Made by a program: the position numbers and the translations under genes
NCBI RefSeq assembly: GCF_963921235.1
Contig: NC_086097.1
Coordinates: 239,322,001-239,386,000 of the forward strand
DNA from: Mobula hypostoma
Taxonomy: Eukaryota
Direction of reading: 5' to 3'
Length of the DNA: 64,000 nt
Notes under the pieces: generated by a model
Databases searched by the model: none
What the model saw: only the letters and a program-made list of their open reading frames with translations
What the model was told of the DNA's origin: nothing
Shown here: positions 1 to 12,449 of the stretch, one piece after another
Layout of the letters: each line of letters starts with the position of its first letter
Position numbering within the stretch: the first letter of the stretch is position 1

Positions 1-270
1 CTGCCAGTAACTAGTATTGTTCTGCAGGGGTTGGTATTGGGGCCGCTTCTTTTTTCATTATATATCAATGATTTGGATGACAGACTTGATGGCTTTGTGG
101 CCAGTTCTGCAGATAAACTGAAGGTAGGTGGAGGGACACATGATGCTGAGAAAGCAGAGTGCCTGCAGAAGGAGTTGGACCGATTGGCAGAAGGGGCAAA
201 GAGGAGCCAGGTGGAATATTGTGTAGGGAAGTGTATATTCATGCTCTTCAGTAGAAGGAATAAAGACGTA
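1..270 (+). mobile_element. CR1 LINE ORF2 reverse transcriptase fragment (degraded)
   Basis: ORF 31..282 contains VLGPLLFSLYINDLD and a decayed FADD motif (ASSADKLK), homologous to the RT of the 875-aa CR1 ORF. Confidence 0.85.
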
Positions 271-975
271 ACACACACATAAAATGCTGGAGAAAACCAG
301 CATCTATGGAAAAGAGTACCGTTGACATTTTGGGCCAAGGCCCTTCAGCAGGGCTGGAGAAAAAAAGATGGGGAGTCAGAGTTAGAAGATGGGAGGAGGG
401 AGTGGGAGAATAAACACAAGGTAGTAGATGATGGGTGAAACCGGGAGAGGGAGGGGTGAAGTAAAGTCAATTGGAGAAGGTGATAAAGGGCTGGCGAAGG
501 GGCTGATAAAACATGGAAACATAGAAACTCTATAGCACAATACAGGCCCTTCGGCCCACAAAGCTGTGCCGAACATGCCTTTACCTGAGAAATTACCTAG
601 AGTTACCGCATAGGCCTCTATTTTTCTGAGGTCCATGTACCTGTCCAGGAGTCTCTTAAAAGACCCTATCGTATCCGCCTCCACCACCGTCGCTGGCTGC
701 CCATTCCACACACTCACCACTCTCTGCGTAAAAAACTTACCCCTGACAACTCGTCTGTACCTCGTTCCAAGCACCTTAAAACTGTGCCCTCCCATTTCAG
801 CCCTGGGGAAAAGCCTCTGACTATCCATACGATCAATCCTCTCATCATCTTATACACCTCTATCAGGTCACCTCTGTAGGAGAGGACAGAAAGCCAGGGA
901 AGAGATGCAAGGGGGAGGACCGCCAGAGATTTCTCGATCTGGGTAGCCTCCAACCTGATGGCATGAACAGTGATT
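270..975 (-). mobile_element. Penelope-like pseudo-LTR remnant interrupted by a CR1 3' end, followed by a short oppositely oriented PLE ORF-end piece
   Basis: 270-510 matches the minus-strand pLTR family (aaatgctggag..cagcatctatggaaaag..cccttcagcagg plus purine-rich tract). About 930-975 on + encodes RSGSLQPDGMNSDF-like sequence resembling a PLE C-terminus. Confidence 0.6.
510..875 (-). mobile_element. CR1 LINE 3' end (5'-truncated)
   Basis: (catagaaa)-type tail; encodes GHSFKVLG..FFTQRVVSVWN..FKRLLDRYM, the CR1 ORF2 C-terminus. Confidence 0.9.
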
Positions 976-1492
976 TCAAGAGGACAAGAATATAAGCAAG
1001 GTTGTGATGAAAGAGGACCGGGTCGAGAGAACAGAGACTTTTGGAGAAGAGGAGTTCGGTGGGTAATACCGTTTCGGCTGACCGGAAGTGCACTGAGAGC
1101 AGTAAGCGTAAAGGAATTGGGTGTTTACTGTTCTGGCTAACAACGGATGGTGTAATCCGGGGTATATTACGATCAAGGAACGTGTTTGCAGACTGGATAC
1201 TGAACTTTTTACTGTTGGACTTCGGCCACTTTCCACCATGATACAACACATGGCGGCACGGGAGGTCGTTCCTGCCTGTGGCCATCGAACATGCAGCTCC
1301 TCCCATGGAGGGTCAGACACCCTGAGCCAATAGACTGGTCCTGGACTTATTTTTCATCTGGCATAGTTTGTATTTTGGTGTTTGATTGTTGGGGTTTTTT
1401 GTATTGCTATATTTATGCTCTATTCTTGGTTGGTGCGGCTGTAACAAAACCAAATTTCCCTCCGGATTAATAAAGTATATCTATCTAACTAT
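976..1492 (+). mobile_element. Internally deleted Rex1/Babar-like non-autonomous LINE derivative
   Basis: Encodes ANNGWCNPGYITIKERVCRLDTELFTVGLRP (Rex1-type APE segment) joined to an RSFLPVAI C-terminal motif; ends aataaagtatatctatcta. Confidence 0.6.
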
Positions 1493-1579
1493 AAGGCACT
1501 GTTCAGGCTGAACTCGGAGTATTGTGAGCAGTTTTGGGCACCTTATCTAAGAAAAGATGTGTAATAATGATACATATGA

Positions 1580-2370
1580 CGTTAGCTCCTCTTTCTCAAA
1601 TTGCAGGGTGAATTTGTTCATATTATGATAATTTGTCCCTAAGGGTTCCTTTACATTAAGCTCTCCAATCAATTCTGGTTCATTGCACAACACCCAGTCC
1701 CGAATAGCAGAGAACACAAGCTGCTCTAAAAATCTATCTTGTGGCATTCTAGAAATACGCCCTTTTGGAATCCTGCACCAGCCTGATTTTCCCAATCTAC
1801 CTGCATATTGAAACCCCCCATGAATATTGTAACATTGAACATTTGGCATGCATTTTCTATCATCCATTCTAACTTGTAGACCACATCCTTACTAGTGTTT
1901 GTGGGTCTGTATATAACTCTGATCAAGGTCTTTTTACCCTTGCTGTTCCTTAGCTCTATCCACAATGATTCAACACCTGCCGACCCTATGTCACCTCTTT
2001 CTAAGCAACTGTTTCATTTTTTAACCAACCAAGCAACGCCGCCCCCTCTGCCTTCCTGCCTATCCTTTCAATACAGTGTGTATCCTTGGACATTAAGCTC
2101 CCAGCTATAATCTTCTTTCAGCCATGATTCAGTGATGCCTACAACATTGTACACGACAATCTGCAACTGTGCTACAAGTTCATTGACCTTATTCTGTATA
2201 CTGTGCACATTCAAATATAACACCTTCAGTCCTGTATTCACCTTTTTTGATCCTGTCCACCTTGTATGTTGCCACGCATCTTGTTGACTGCAATCATTAG
2301 CCTCTCCTTGCTAAGAGTCTCACTACACCTTGCCTCTGTTTGTAAACCAACTACCTCATCTTCAGCACTG
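1580..2370 (-). mobile_element. CR1 LINE APE endonuclease fragment
   Basis: ORF 1726..1965 WIELRNSKGKKTLIRVIYRP..MGGFNMQVDW. Confidence 0.85.
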
Positions 2371-2577
2371 TCATATGACACTGCACATAATGAACAAATG
2401 AAGATTTTCTTCTGTCCTCTATTTAAAATGTAAGCATTTCATGTCCAGGCAGAAACTTAATATGAAACTGCTGGAGTGGACTCAGCACCATATTAGTGGA
2501 TTACCTGGACAGAAGTTACAGCTTTGAAAAATATTTTGCGGTTACAAACTGAAATCCCATCATGCTACATTTAATTC

Positions 2578-2880
2578 TCAGAATCAGAATCAGGTTTATT
2601 ATCACTGATGTACTGTATGTCATGAAATTTGATGTTTTGCAGCAGCACACAGTGCAGCACATAAAAATTACTAAAAGTTACAGTAAGAATATGAGTAAAT
2701 ACACAGCACAAAAAGAAAACAAAATGTGAGGTAGCAGGCATGGATTCATGGACTGTTCAGAAATTTTATGGCAGAGGGGAAGAAGTTGTTCCTAAAACAT
2801 TGGTCTTGAGGCTCCTGTACCTCTTTCCCTGATGGTAGTAATGAGAAGAGGGAATACACTGGAAGGTGGAGGTTTCTCAT
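2578..2880 (-). mobile_element. Rex1/Babar-like LINE 3' end
   Basis: (tcagaa)n tail plus caggtttattatcactg; reverse complement of the Rex1-like 3' ends near 19745-19820 and 37140-37330. Confidence 0.6.
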
Positions 2881-2909
2881 GTTCCCCACCACCTAGAAAG
2901 TGCATCGGA

Positions 2910-5720
2910 AGATGTAGAATCCTTGTAGAGTTAAGAAACTTCAAAGGTAAAAGGACTCTGATGAGAGTTATCAACAGCCTCTGAACAATAGCCAGGATGT
3001 GGATTACTAACTACAATGGGTGATAGAAAAGGCATATAAAAAGGTCAATGTTATGACAGTCATGGGGAATTTCAATTTGTAGGTAGATCAGAAAAATCAG
3101 GTAGGTGTTGGATCCCAAGAGAGAGAAGTTGTACAATGTCTACAAGATGAATTTGACTTTTTAGACCAGCTTGTGTTTAAACCCACCAGGGGATCAGATA
3201 TTCTGGATTGGGAGTTATGTAATGAACTGTATTTGATTAAAGAGCTTAAGGTAAAGGAACCCTTAGGAGCGAGTGATCATAATATGATAGAATTCACCCA
3301 GTAATTTGAGAGGTAGAATCTAAAGTCAGGTGTATCAGTATTACAGTGAAATAAAGGGAATTACAGAGGCATGAGATAGGAGCTGGCTAAAGTTGATTGG
3401 AAGGGGACACTAGCAGGGATGACGACGGAGCAGCAATGGCATGAGTTTCTGGGAGCAACTTTGAAGGTGCAGGATAGATACATACCAAAGAAGTAGAAGT
3501 ATTCCAAAGGCAAAACGACGCAACTAGGGCTGACAAGGGAAGTCAAAGCCAACGTAAAATAAAAGAGATGTCATATAATAGAGCAAAAATTAGTGGGAAG
3601 TTAGGTGATTGGGAAGCTTTCAAATACTAGCAGAAGGGAACTAAGAAAGCCATTATGGTGGAAAAGATGAAATATGAAGTTAAGCTAGCCAACAATATCA
3701 AGGAGCATACCAAATGATTTTTTCAGAAATATAAAGAATAAAAAAGAGGCAAGAGCAAATATTGGACTGTTGGAAATTGACGCTGGAAATGTAGTAATGG
3801 GGGACAAAGAAATGGTGGGTGAACTGAATAAGTATTTTGCACCAGTCTTCACTGTGGAAAATACTACCAGAATCTCAGATGTTTGAGAGTGCCAGGGCCA
3901 GACGTGAGTGCAGTTGCTATTACTAGGTGTTTGGGAATCAGAAAGATCTGAAGGTAGATAAGTCACCTTAACCAGATAGACTACAGCCCAGGGTTCTGGA
4001 AAAGGTGGCTGAAGAGATCGTGCAGGCATTAGTAATGATCTTTCAAGAATCAATAGATTCTGACATGGTTCCGAAGAACTGGAAAATTGCAAATGTCATT
4101 CCAGTCTTCAAGAAGGGAGGGAGGCAGAAGAAAGGAAATTATAGGCCAGATGGTCTGACCTCAGTGGTTGGGAAGATGTTGAAGTCAATTTTTAAGAATG
4201 TGGTTTTGGGAATACTTGGAGGCACCTGATAAAATAGGCCAATGTCAGCATGTTTTTCTGAAGGAAAAATCTTGCCACATAAAACTGTTGGAATCCTTTG
4301 AGGAAATAACAATCAGGATAGACAAAAGAAAATCACTAAATGTTGTGTACTTGGATTTTCAAAAGGCCTTTGAAAAGTTACTGCACATGAGGCTGCTAAA
4401 CAAGGTAAGAGTCCATGGTATTACAGGAAAGATACTAGCATGGATTGAGCCTTGGCTGATCGGCAGAAAACAAAGTGTGGAAATAAACTGAGCCTTTCTG
4501 ATTGGTTGCCATTGACTACTGCTGTTCCGCACGGTTTGGTGTTGAGATCACTTTTTTTACATTGTATGTCAATAATCACCCCTCTCCCTCCCAGGTTCAC
4601 CTATCTTGTGTTTCTTTCTCCCCTCCCCCTTCTTTACATCAGTAGTTTAGATGATGGAATTGATGGCTTTGTGGCCAAGTTTGTGGATGATACAAAGATA
4701 GGTGGAGGACCACGTGGTGTTGAGAAAACAGGAAAACAGGAAGGCTGCAGAAGGACTTAGACAGATTAGGAGAACGGGCAAAGAAGTAGCAAATGGAATA
4801 CAGTGTCGGGAAATGTATGGTCATGCACTTTACTGGAAGGAATAAAAGCATACACTATTTTCTTAATGGGAGAAAATTCAGAAATCTAAGGTGAAAAGGT
4901 ACTTGGGAGTCCTTGTACAGGATTCCCAGAAGGTTAGTTTGCAGGTTGAGTCAAAGGTGGGGAAGTCATAGTCATAGTCATACTTTATTGATCCCGGGGG
5001 AAATTGGCTTTCGTTACAGTTGCACCATAAATAATAAATAGTAGTAAAACCATAAATAGTTAAATAGTAATATGTAAATTATGCCAGGAATGTGATGTTA
5101 GCATTCACTGCGAAAGGACTAGAATATAAAAGCAAGGATGCAATACTGAGGCTTTATAAGGCACTGCTGAGTCTTCACTTGGAGTATTATGAGCAGTTTT
5201 GGTCCCCTTATTTAAGTAGGATTGGAGAGGGTTCAGAGGAGGTTTATAAGAATAATTCTAGGAATTAAAGGCTTGTAGTATGAGGAGCAATTGATTGCTC
5301 TGGGCCTCTACTTGCCAAAATTTAGAAGAATTGGAGGGTGGGGGGGAGTGGGAGGCGTCATTGAAACATATTGAATGTTGAAAGGCCTAGATACAGTGGA
5401 TGTGGAGAGGATGGTGGGGGAGTTTCGGACCAGAGGGGACAGACCCAGAATGGAGGGACATCTACTTAGAACGAAGATAAGGATGAATTTCTTTAGCCAG
5501 AGAGTGGAATTCATTGCCACAGGCAGCTGTGGTGGTCACGCTATTGGGTGTATTTAAGGCAGAGGTTGATAGGCTCTTGATTAGTTAGGGTGTGAAAGAT
5601 GATGGGGAGAAGGCAGGAGACTGGGGTTGAGAGGGACATGGATCAGCCAGGGTGAAATGGCGGAGCAAATTTGATGGGTCAAATAGGGTAATTTTGCTCC
5701 TGTGTCATCTGATCTTATAT
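2910..5720 (+). mobile_element. Degraded CR1 LINE ORF2 (APE-RT-C-terminus) with small internal insertions
   Basis: ORFs 4005, 4198, 4452 and 5375: [39 protein letters not shown] Rex1-type tail is inserted at about 4966-5090. Confidence 0.9.
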
Positions 5721-6469
5721 TAGATGCTGCATTCTTGATGTATCACGTTTTGAAGATGTCCTCGATAGTGTGGAGGCGAATACTCATGACGGACTGGTTG
5801 AGCTTACATCCATCTGCTGCTTTTTCCAATGCTGTCTTTGATTGTGCAATCTAATTGATCTCCTGAACACCAAGCAATGTTAAACACCATAAATATATTC
5901 TGTTCCTGGTATCCAGCATTGCTATGGCAATAATATAACATCAGTCTGTTATTTCCAACTAATAGCCAGCTTTGTATCTTGCATTTAAAATCCAACATAA
6001 AATCTTGTAAATGACAGCAATCATATGAAAATTAGCTGATTAATTATCCAATCCACTTGCACTAGATGCGGTGGAAAATCGTAACCGATGCATTATGTTT
6101 ATAGACACTCTGATCTAAAATGTTAATTTAATCATGAACATTAATTTGTGACAAAAATTCTTTTTGAAACAATCTTGATGCAGCGGTTACTTTAAAACAA
6201 ACAATAAGAACTCAGAGACCAAGCACAGGGGAGTTGACATTATATGACGCGTTCCACAAGTAGCAAAGTTCAAAGTCAATGTACGTTCGATCCTTTATTA
6301 AGAAACTAGAAAAGCCAAACAATCTTTTAACAATAAAACTAATGAAACTAAAATTAGTGATATACTGAAATAAGTAGTCTAGGCGTATCCTAATGTATAG
6401 TACTTAAGCCAAGCACTCTTAAACATATTTAAATAATAAGCAGTCAACAAAAAAGTATCATTCCCCATC

Positions 6470-6880
6470 TTACTCCCTACCCTTGTTACTGCCTGTTCTG
6501 CCACTGGCATTTAGGGCAGCAAAGAAGTCCCTCCGTCGCTGTCTGTGGACCTGGTGGTGTTAAGGGTTTCTTTCATTGTGCCAGTAGCTTCGTCTCTGCT
6601 TTCACTACAGTTAGTAATGCAAGTCCAGGGTGGAGGAATAACATCATGCACAGATATAGAAGGATTCATTATTTCTGTTTCCATAACATTTTATTTACTA
6701 GACAGGGTGGTTAGCCTTGAACTGAATTCCCAAACCTGGAGGACTGGGGGACACTCTTAGTCTGGCCTCTTCCCTTTGACTTGTTTTGCATGGATGCTCC
6801 TACCAAGTCAAAACACAAGGCCCTGGAATCAACCAGCACTGCTCTCTGGCTCATTGAGACACACAAGCCTCCAAACCTTC
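6470..6880 (-). mobile_element. Probable RTE-derived non-autonomous retroelement
   Basis: Contains cccaaacctggaggactgg and ctgccactggcatttagggcagc, which resemble RTE UTR segments; no ORF. Family call is from recall only. Confidence 0.35.
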
Positions 6881-6902
6881 TAACAGGTTTGTGGACCCCT
6901 TG

Positions 6903-8560
6903 GAGAAACATAGCAAATCTACAACACATTATAGACCTTTCAGCCCACAATGTTGTGCCAACCATGTAACAAGCTGCCTAGAATTTCCCGACTGCATAGC
7001 CCTCTATTTTTTAAAGCTCCATGTACCTATTTGAGTCTCTTAAAAGACCCTGTTGTATCTGCCACTACCAACAGCAGTACATTACGCACAACCACCACTC
7101 TCTGTGTGAAAAATTTACCTCTGACATCCCCCTTGTATCTACTTCCAAGCAGCTTAAAACTATGCTTCTTTGTGTTATCCATTTCAGCCTTGGGAAAAAA
7201 GCCTCTGATCAAGGCCTCTCATCATCTTATACACCTCTATCAGCTCGCCTCTCATCCTCCTTCGCTCCAAGGAGAAAAGACCAAGTTCACACAAACTATT
7301 CTCATAAGGCATGCTCTCCAATCCAGGCAACATCCTTGTAAATCTCCTCTGCACTCTCTCAAAAGCATCCACATCCTTCCTGTAATGAGGTGACCAGAAA
7401 TAAACACAATACTCCAAGTAGAGTCTAACTAAGGTCTTATATAGCTGTAACATTACCTCATAGCTCTTGGATTCCATCCCACGGTTGATGAAGGTCAACA
7501 CACCATAGACCTTCTAAACAACACTGTCAACCTGTGCACCAGCATTGAGTGTCCTGTGGACATAGACTCAAGATCTTGCTGATCCTCCACACTGCCAAAA
7601 GTCTTACCATTAATATTATATCCTGCCTTCAAATTTGACCTACCAAAATGTACCACTTCACTCTGTGTTGAACTCCAGTCGCCACTTCTCAGCCCAGTTC
7701 TGCATTCTATTGATGTCCCGCTGACCTCTGACAACCCTCCAGACTATCCACAACACTCCCAACCTTTATATCATCAGCAAACTTACTAATCCACCCTTCT
7801 ACTTCCTCAACCGGGTCATTTATAAAAATGACAAAGAGAAGGGGTCCCAGCACAAATCCCTGTGGAACACTACTGGTCACATCCTCCAAACAGAATACGA
7901 ACTATCTAGAACCACCTTTTTTCATTTGTAGGCAAGCCAATTCTCAATCCACAAAGTAAGATCTCCTTGGATCCCATTCCTTATTACTTTCTGAATGAGC
8001 CTCACATGGGGAAACTTATCAAATGCCTTCCTGAAATCTATATACACTACATCCACTGTTCTACCTTCATCAATGTGTTTTGTTAAATCCTCAAAGAGTT
8101 TAATCAGGTTTGTAAGGCATGACTTGCCCTTGACAAAGCCACAGCTGACTATCCCTCATCAGATTATGTCTCTCCAAATGTTCATAAGTCCTGCCTCTCA
8201 GGATCTTCTCCAAATCTTGCCCACCGCAGAAGTAAGGTTCACTAGTCTGTAATTTCCTGGGTTATCTCTGCTCTGTTTCTTGAACAAGGGAACAACGTTT
8301 ACAACCCTCCAATCCTCTGGCACTTCTCCTGTCCCTATTGATTATGCAAAGAGGGTTGTCAGAGGGTCAGGAATCTCCTCCCTTGCTTCCCACAGTAGCC
8401 TAGGGTATATCCTGGCTGGTCCCGGTGACTTATTTAACTTAATACCTTCAAAAGCTCCAGAACATCCTCTTTCTTAATGTCTATACATTCAAGCATTACA
8501 GTCTGCTTTAAGTCATCCCCACAATTGCCAAGGTCCTTTTCACTGGTGAATACTGAAGAA
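6903..8560 (-). mobile_element. CR1 LINE (RT and C-terminus, degraded)
   Basis: ORFs 7707, 7184 and 7027 (-): VPQGFVLGPLLFVIFIND..KFADD, LEYCVYFWSPHY, FFTQRVV. Confidence 0.9.
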
Positions 8561-9347
8561 AAGGACTCCTTACTCTAACCAGACTGAAAACTGACTAATG
8601 ACAAAGCATGAATACATAACTACACTCTACACTTCTACCATGCTTCAACCCAGTTGATTAATTACTCGTTAATAAACATGCGACACAAAGTACAATACAG
8701 ACAGACAGAAAATAGATACCTGAACCCCTACAGTAGATTAAAATGAAAGAACCTGAGAGGGATCTGCTGGAATGCTTTGAGGGTATTCCTAGACTGGAGC
8801 CATCTTGTGGAGTATAAAAAAGACAATGTTCATGAGTAGAAGTAGTAAGGCTGATAAAGCAGAAGGAATACATGAATGATTCTGATTCCTCAGCAGCGAA
8901 CATAAAAGCCATAGACGCATCAGAAAAGATTCCCTGAAAATGAGACAGTCATCAGAGCAACATGGGGAGAAGATTTTAATCCCACAATCATTTCTAGGTT
9001 GTGCCTGTTTGTGACTGAAGATACATATACACTTATCAAAAGTGAGATAGATGGAATTAAAACGATAATCAAATCATTGTTAAATCTACATGATGTTAGC
9101 CATGTTGATGTTTTAAGTGAAATATATCACATCTACTACAAGATTTATGAAGGCAGTTAGAAGTACAACTGAATATGTTACATGGTTAGAATGAAAACAA
9201 TATCCTACTTGATATTGCATTGTTGAAGGAGGGTTTGAATACATGTGTATACCAAATCAGCTCTGGCATCCATGCAAAAAACAATGTGCAAGGAGTAGTG
9301 TTTTATTTTAGATCCCAACATAACAGAAATATTTCACTTTAAAATAA

Positions 9348-9767
9348 GCTAGCAGAATGGAGATACATCTCTACCAAAGGAAGTGTAGGGCTCTCCTTCC
9401 CTCCGCTCGCCTGCAGGTCACACTTGGGCAAGGTATAGCATCTGTTTAACACCCCCCACCCCCGTGCCTCCCCCCAATCAGGATTACATGAAGGAATGGG
9501 AGCAGGTGGTGGATGGTCGTATGAGCAGCTGGTGCATATCACAAGTCCTGGCACAAGTCCTGGTTATGCGACCACTGACGCCAGGCAGACAGTCTCTGAA
9601 GAGTATTAATAATGGCTGGGGTCACCTGTCTTGTAAAGACACTGCCCAGAAGAAGTCAATGGTAAACCACTTCTGTAGAAAAAATTGCCAAGAGCAATCA
9701 TGGTCAAAGACCATAATTACTCACGTCATATGATGTGGCATATAGTGATGATGATGATGATGATGAT
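9348..9767 (+). mobile_element. RTE-tailed non-autonomous retroelement with (gat)n tail
   Basis: The 3' part gaagaagtcaatggtaaaccacttc resembles the RTE 3' motif and ends in (gat)n; the same tail occurs on - at about 31306-31432. Confidence 0.5.
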
Positions 9768-10334
9768 TAACATTAGGTTAATGTTAAAGTCTAATTTCTT
9801 CTTCATAATAAGGTACTTCAGAATACATGAGGGTGATTCAAAGTCTGCAAATGATGGACAATATTTATTTGACTGCAAGGTGCAATGAAACTGTAAACAC
9901 ATTCCGTGAAAATTATTTGGTTCTTTTATTGCTCGTAGTGCGCGGACAGAGCAATCCCTCCTCCATCCCCACCCCCCTCCTACTCCCATCCAGTAAAACT
10001 ATATGGAGGACACAGAGGACACTTAAGTAATTCATGGGTTGATAGATCAGCATTTGGCTGCCTGCCTGGTCCCACTGCTCCTCGTCTCTACCTGCTGCCA
10101 CTTGCTTGGACAAGATGTGAAGTGCCAAACGAGAAACGATTTTCCCATCCCCACTGCAACTCAGAGGCATCAGGTAAGGGTTAGTTAAACTTTAATGGCA
10201 AGTAGACCTTGGGCCCCTGGGACCTTGGAAACACTGTGCCCCTGCCTCAGTATACCCTGACAACACTGACTGGAAACGGAACAGACATAATTTAAGAAAT
10301 AACTAAATGTATAAAATACTAATCTTCAACATTC

Positions 10335-10920
10335 TCTAAAGGTTAATTTGCAGGTTGAGTCTATGGTGAGGAAGGCAAATGCAATGTTAGCATTTATTTC
10401 AAGAGGACTAGAATATAAACACAAGGATGTAATGTTGAGACTTTATAAAGCCTCACTTGGAGTATTGTCAGCAGTTTAGGGTCCCTTATCTTAGAAAAGG
10501 TGTGATGGCACTGGAGAGGTTTCAAAGGAGGCTGATGAAATTGACTCTAGAATTGAATGGCTTGTCACTTGAACATTGTTTGTCGGCTCTGGGACTGTAT
10601 TCACTAGAATTCAGAAGAATGAGAGGTGAAACCTATCGAATGGTGAAAGGTCTTGATAGAGTGCACATGGATGGGCTGTTTCCTCTGGTGGTAGCGTTTA
10701 GGACCAGACGACACAGCCTGCAAAGATAGAGGGATATCATCTTAGAATAGAGATGATGAGGAATTTCTTTAGCCAGAGAGTGGTGAATATGTGGAATTTG
10801 TTGCCACAAGCAGCTGTGGAGGCCAAGTCTTAACATATATTTAATGATTCTTGATAGGTCATGGCATGAAGGGACACGGGGAGAAGGCAGGAGATTGGGG
10901 CTGAGAGGAGAAATGGATCG
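10335..10920 (+). mobile_element. CR1 LINE 3' portion
   Basis: ORF 10457: EYCQQFRVPYLRK..LGLYSLEFRRMRG. Confidence 0.85.
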
Positions 10921-11441
10921 TGCAGGTTAGGATTAGTAAGCCTATGGGCATGCTTTGTTGGCTCCAGAAGCACAGTGACACTGGTGGGGCTTACCCCAGC
11001 ACATCCTCGGACTATGCTGATCATTGCCACAAACAATGAAACAGTGATTGTTTCTGTGTTTTGATATACATAAAATAGACCTTTGTTTTCCAGATCTTTC
11101 ATTTTAATATCTTTGCTCCTTTACCAATGCTGACTGGTGTAGAAAGTAAGTTTCTTACTCTAATGTTGTGGATAATCTAAAGACTTACAGATGCTGGAAA
11201 TCTGAAATGAAATCAGTGGATCAGGCCATATCTGTAGACAGAGCTACAGAGTTAGTGTTTTTTGGTCAATGATCCTATGTCAGAACTGGGATCATGGTGG
11301 CAACCCTCTACAGCTAGTCTGTTATTCAAACTTTCAGCAAGACCAGCTTTGTGCACTGAATGGGTAACTTTGCCCTGCATGGAGAGGGAAAATAGCTGCT
11401 TATTTTTATATAAGTGTTATATTCCATATCTTGCACATTGT

Positions 11442-11710
11442 GGGGCACCATGGTAGTGTTGAAGATAGCGTGACACTCTCACAGTTCAGAGTGGAGTTTG
11501 AAATTCAGTTCTGGTGCCATGTGAAAGGAGTTTGTATGCTCCCCCCGTGAACAGTATGGGTTTCCTCTAGGTAGGCTGGCTTCCTCCTACAGCTCAAAGA
11601 CGTAGGTTAATTTTTCATTGAAAATGGTCCTGTGATTAGCCTAGGGTCAAATAGATAGGTTGCTGTTCAGCGCGGCTGTTGGGCTGGAAGGGCCTGTTTT
11701 GTGTTCACTA
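11442..11710 (+). mobile_element. tRNA-derived V-SINE/HE1-like SINE (degraded)
   Basis: ggggcaccatggtagtg head; ggagtttgtatgctcccc..gggtttcctc..ttcctcctacagctcaaagacg V-domain-like body shared with copies at 20340, 38770, 41152 and 60815. Confidence 0.6.
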
Positions 11711-12449
11711 GCTGGACAGACAATTTTCCCTGTCGTTCAGGAAGGAGTCAAGGTTAGTACAAAAAGCTGGTCACCAGCACGGAAGAATGGTAGCAGGGTT
11801 TTTCTAAATTGGTCTCTCTGCTTGAACTTCTCTAGCAATAAATTCAACTCTGACAGCGAGGTTGTGAGTTCCATATTGACTAAGTTGCCCTGTTTTATAA
11901 GCAAAGTTGTTTTAATTAAATTAAGATCTACAAGCAGTCGTTAATATAACTAATCAATAATAATGCCTTATATGGGACCAAGTGCATTTTCATTTTAAAC
12001 TTTGTTTAACCAGAAGACCACAATCTGCGCAGACTGGTGATAATATCTCCTTCTTGCTGACAATCAACACTAACACACCTCAGGGGAGTATACTTAGCCC
12101 ACTTCGCTACTCTCTCTATACTCATGATGGTGTGGCTAGGTATAGCTCAAGTACCATCCATAAATTTGCTGATGATACAACCATTGTTGGTAGAGTCTCA
12201 GATGGACATGAGAGGACGTAGAGGAGCAAGATATACCAGCTAGTTGAGTGGTGTCACAGCAACAACACAACCTTGTACTCAACGGCAATAAAACAAAAGA
12301 GCTGACTGTAGACTTCAGGAAGGGTAAGATGAGTGAATATGAAGCAATCCTCATAGAGGGATCAGAAATGGAGAGAGTGAGCAATTTCCTGGTTGTCAAG
12401 ATCTCAGAGGATCTAACCTGGTCCAAACATATCCATGTAGCTATAAAGA

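Noticed and set aside
5820..6460. AT-rich unique island as a conserved enhancer (also about 27620-28370 and 29800-31300)
   Set aside because: Conservation cannot be judged from a single sequence.
9348..9767. Ribozyme inside the RTE-tailed element (ctgaaga motif; HDV-like possibility)
   Set aside because: I could not find a matching GAAA core or a nested pseudoknot by eye.
10046..10179. Candidate exon ending cag|gtaagg, encoding a signal-peptide-like stretch (HLAACLVPLLLVSTCC)
   Set aside because: Weak acceptor, no in-frame ATG and no recognisable homology.
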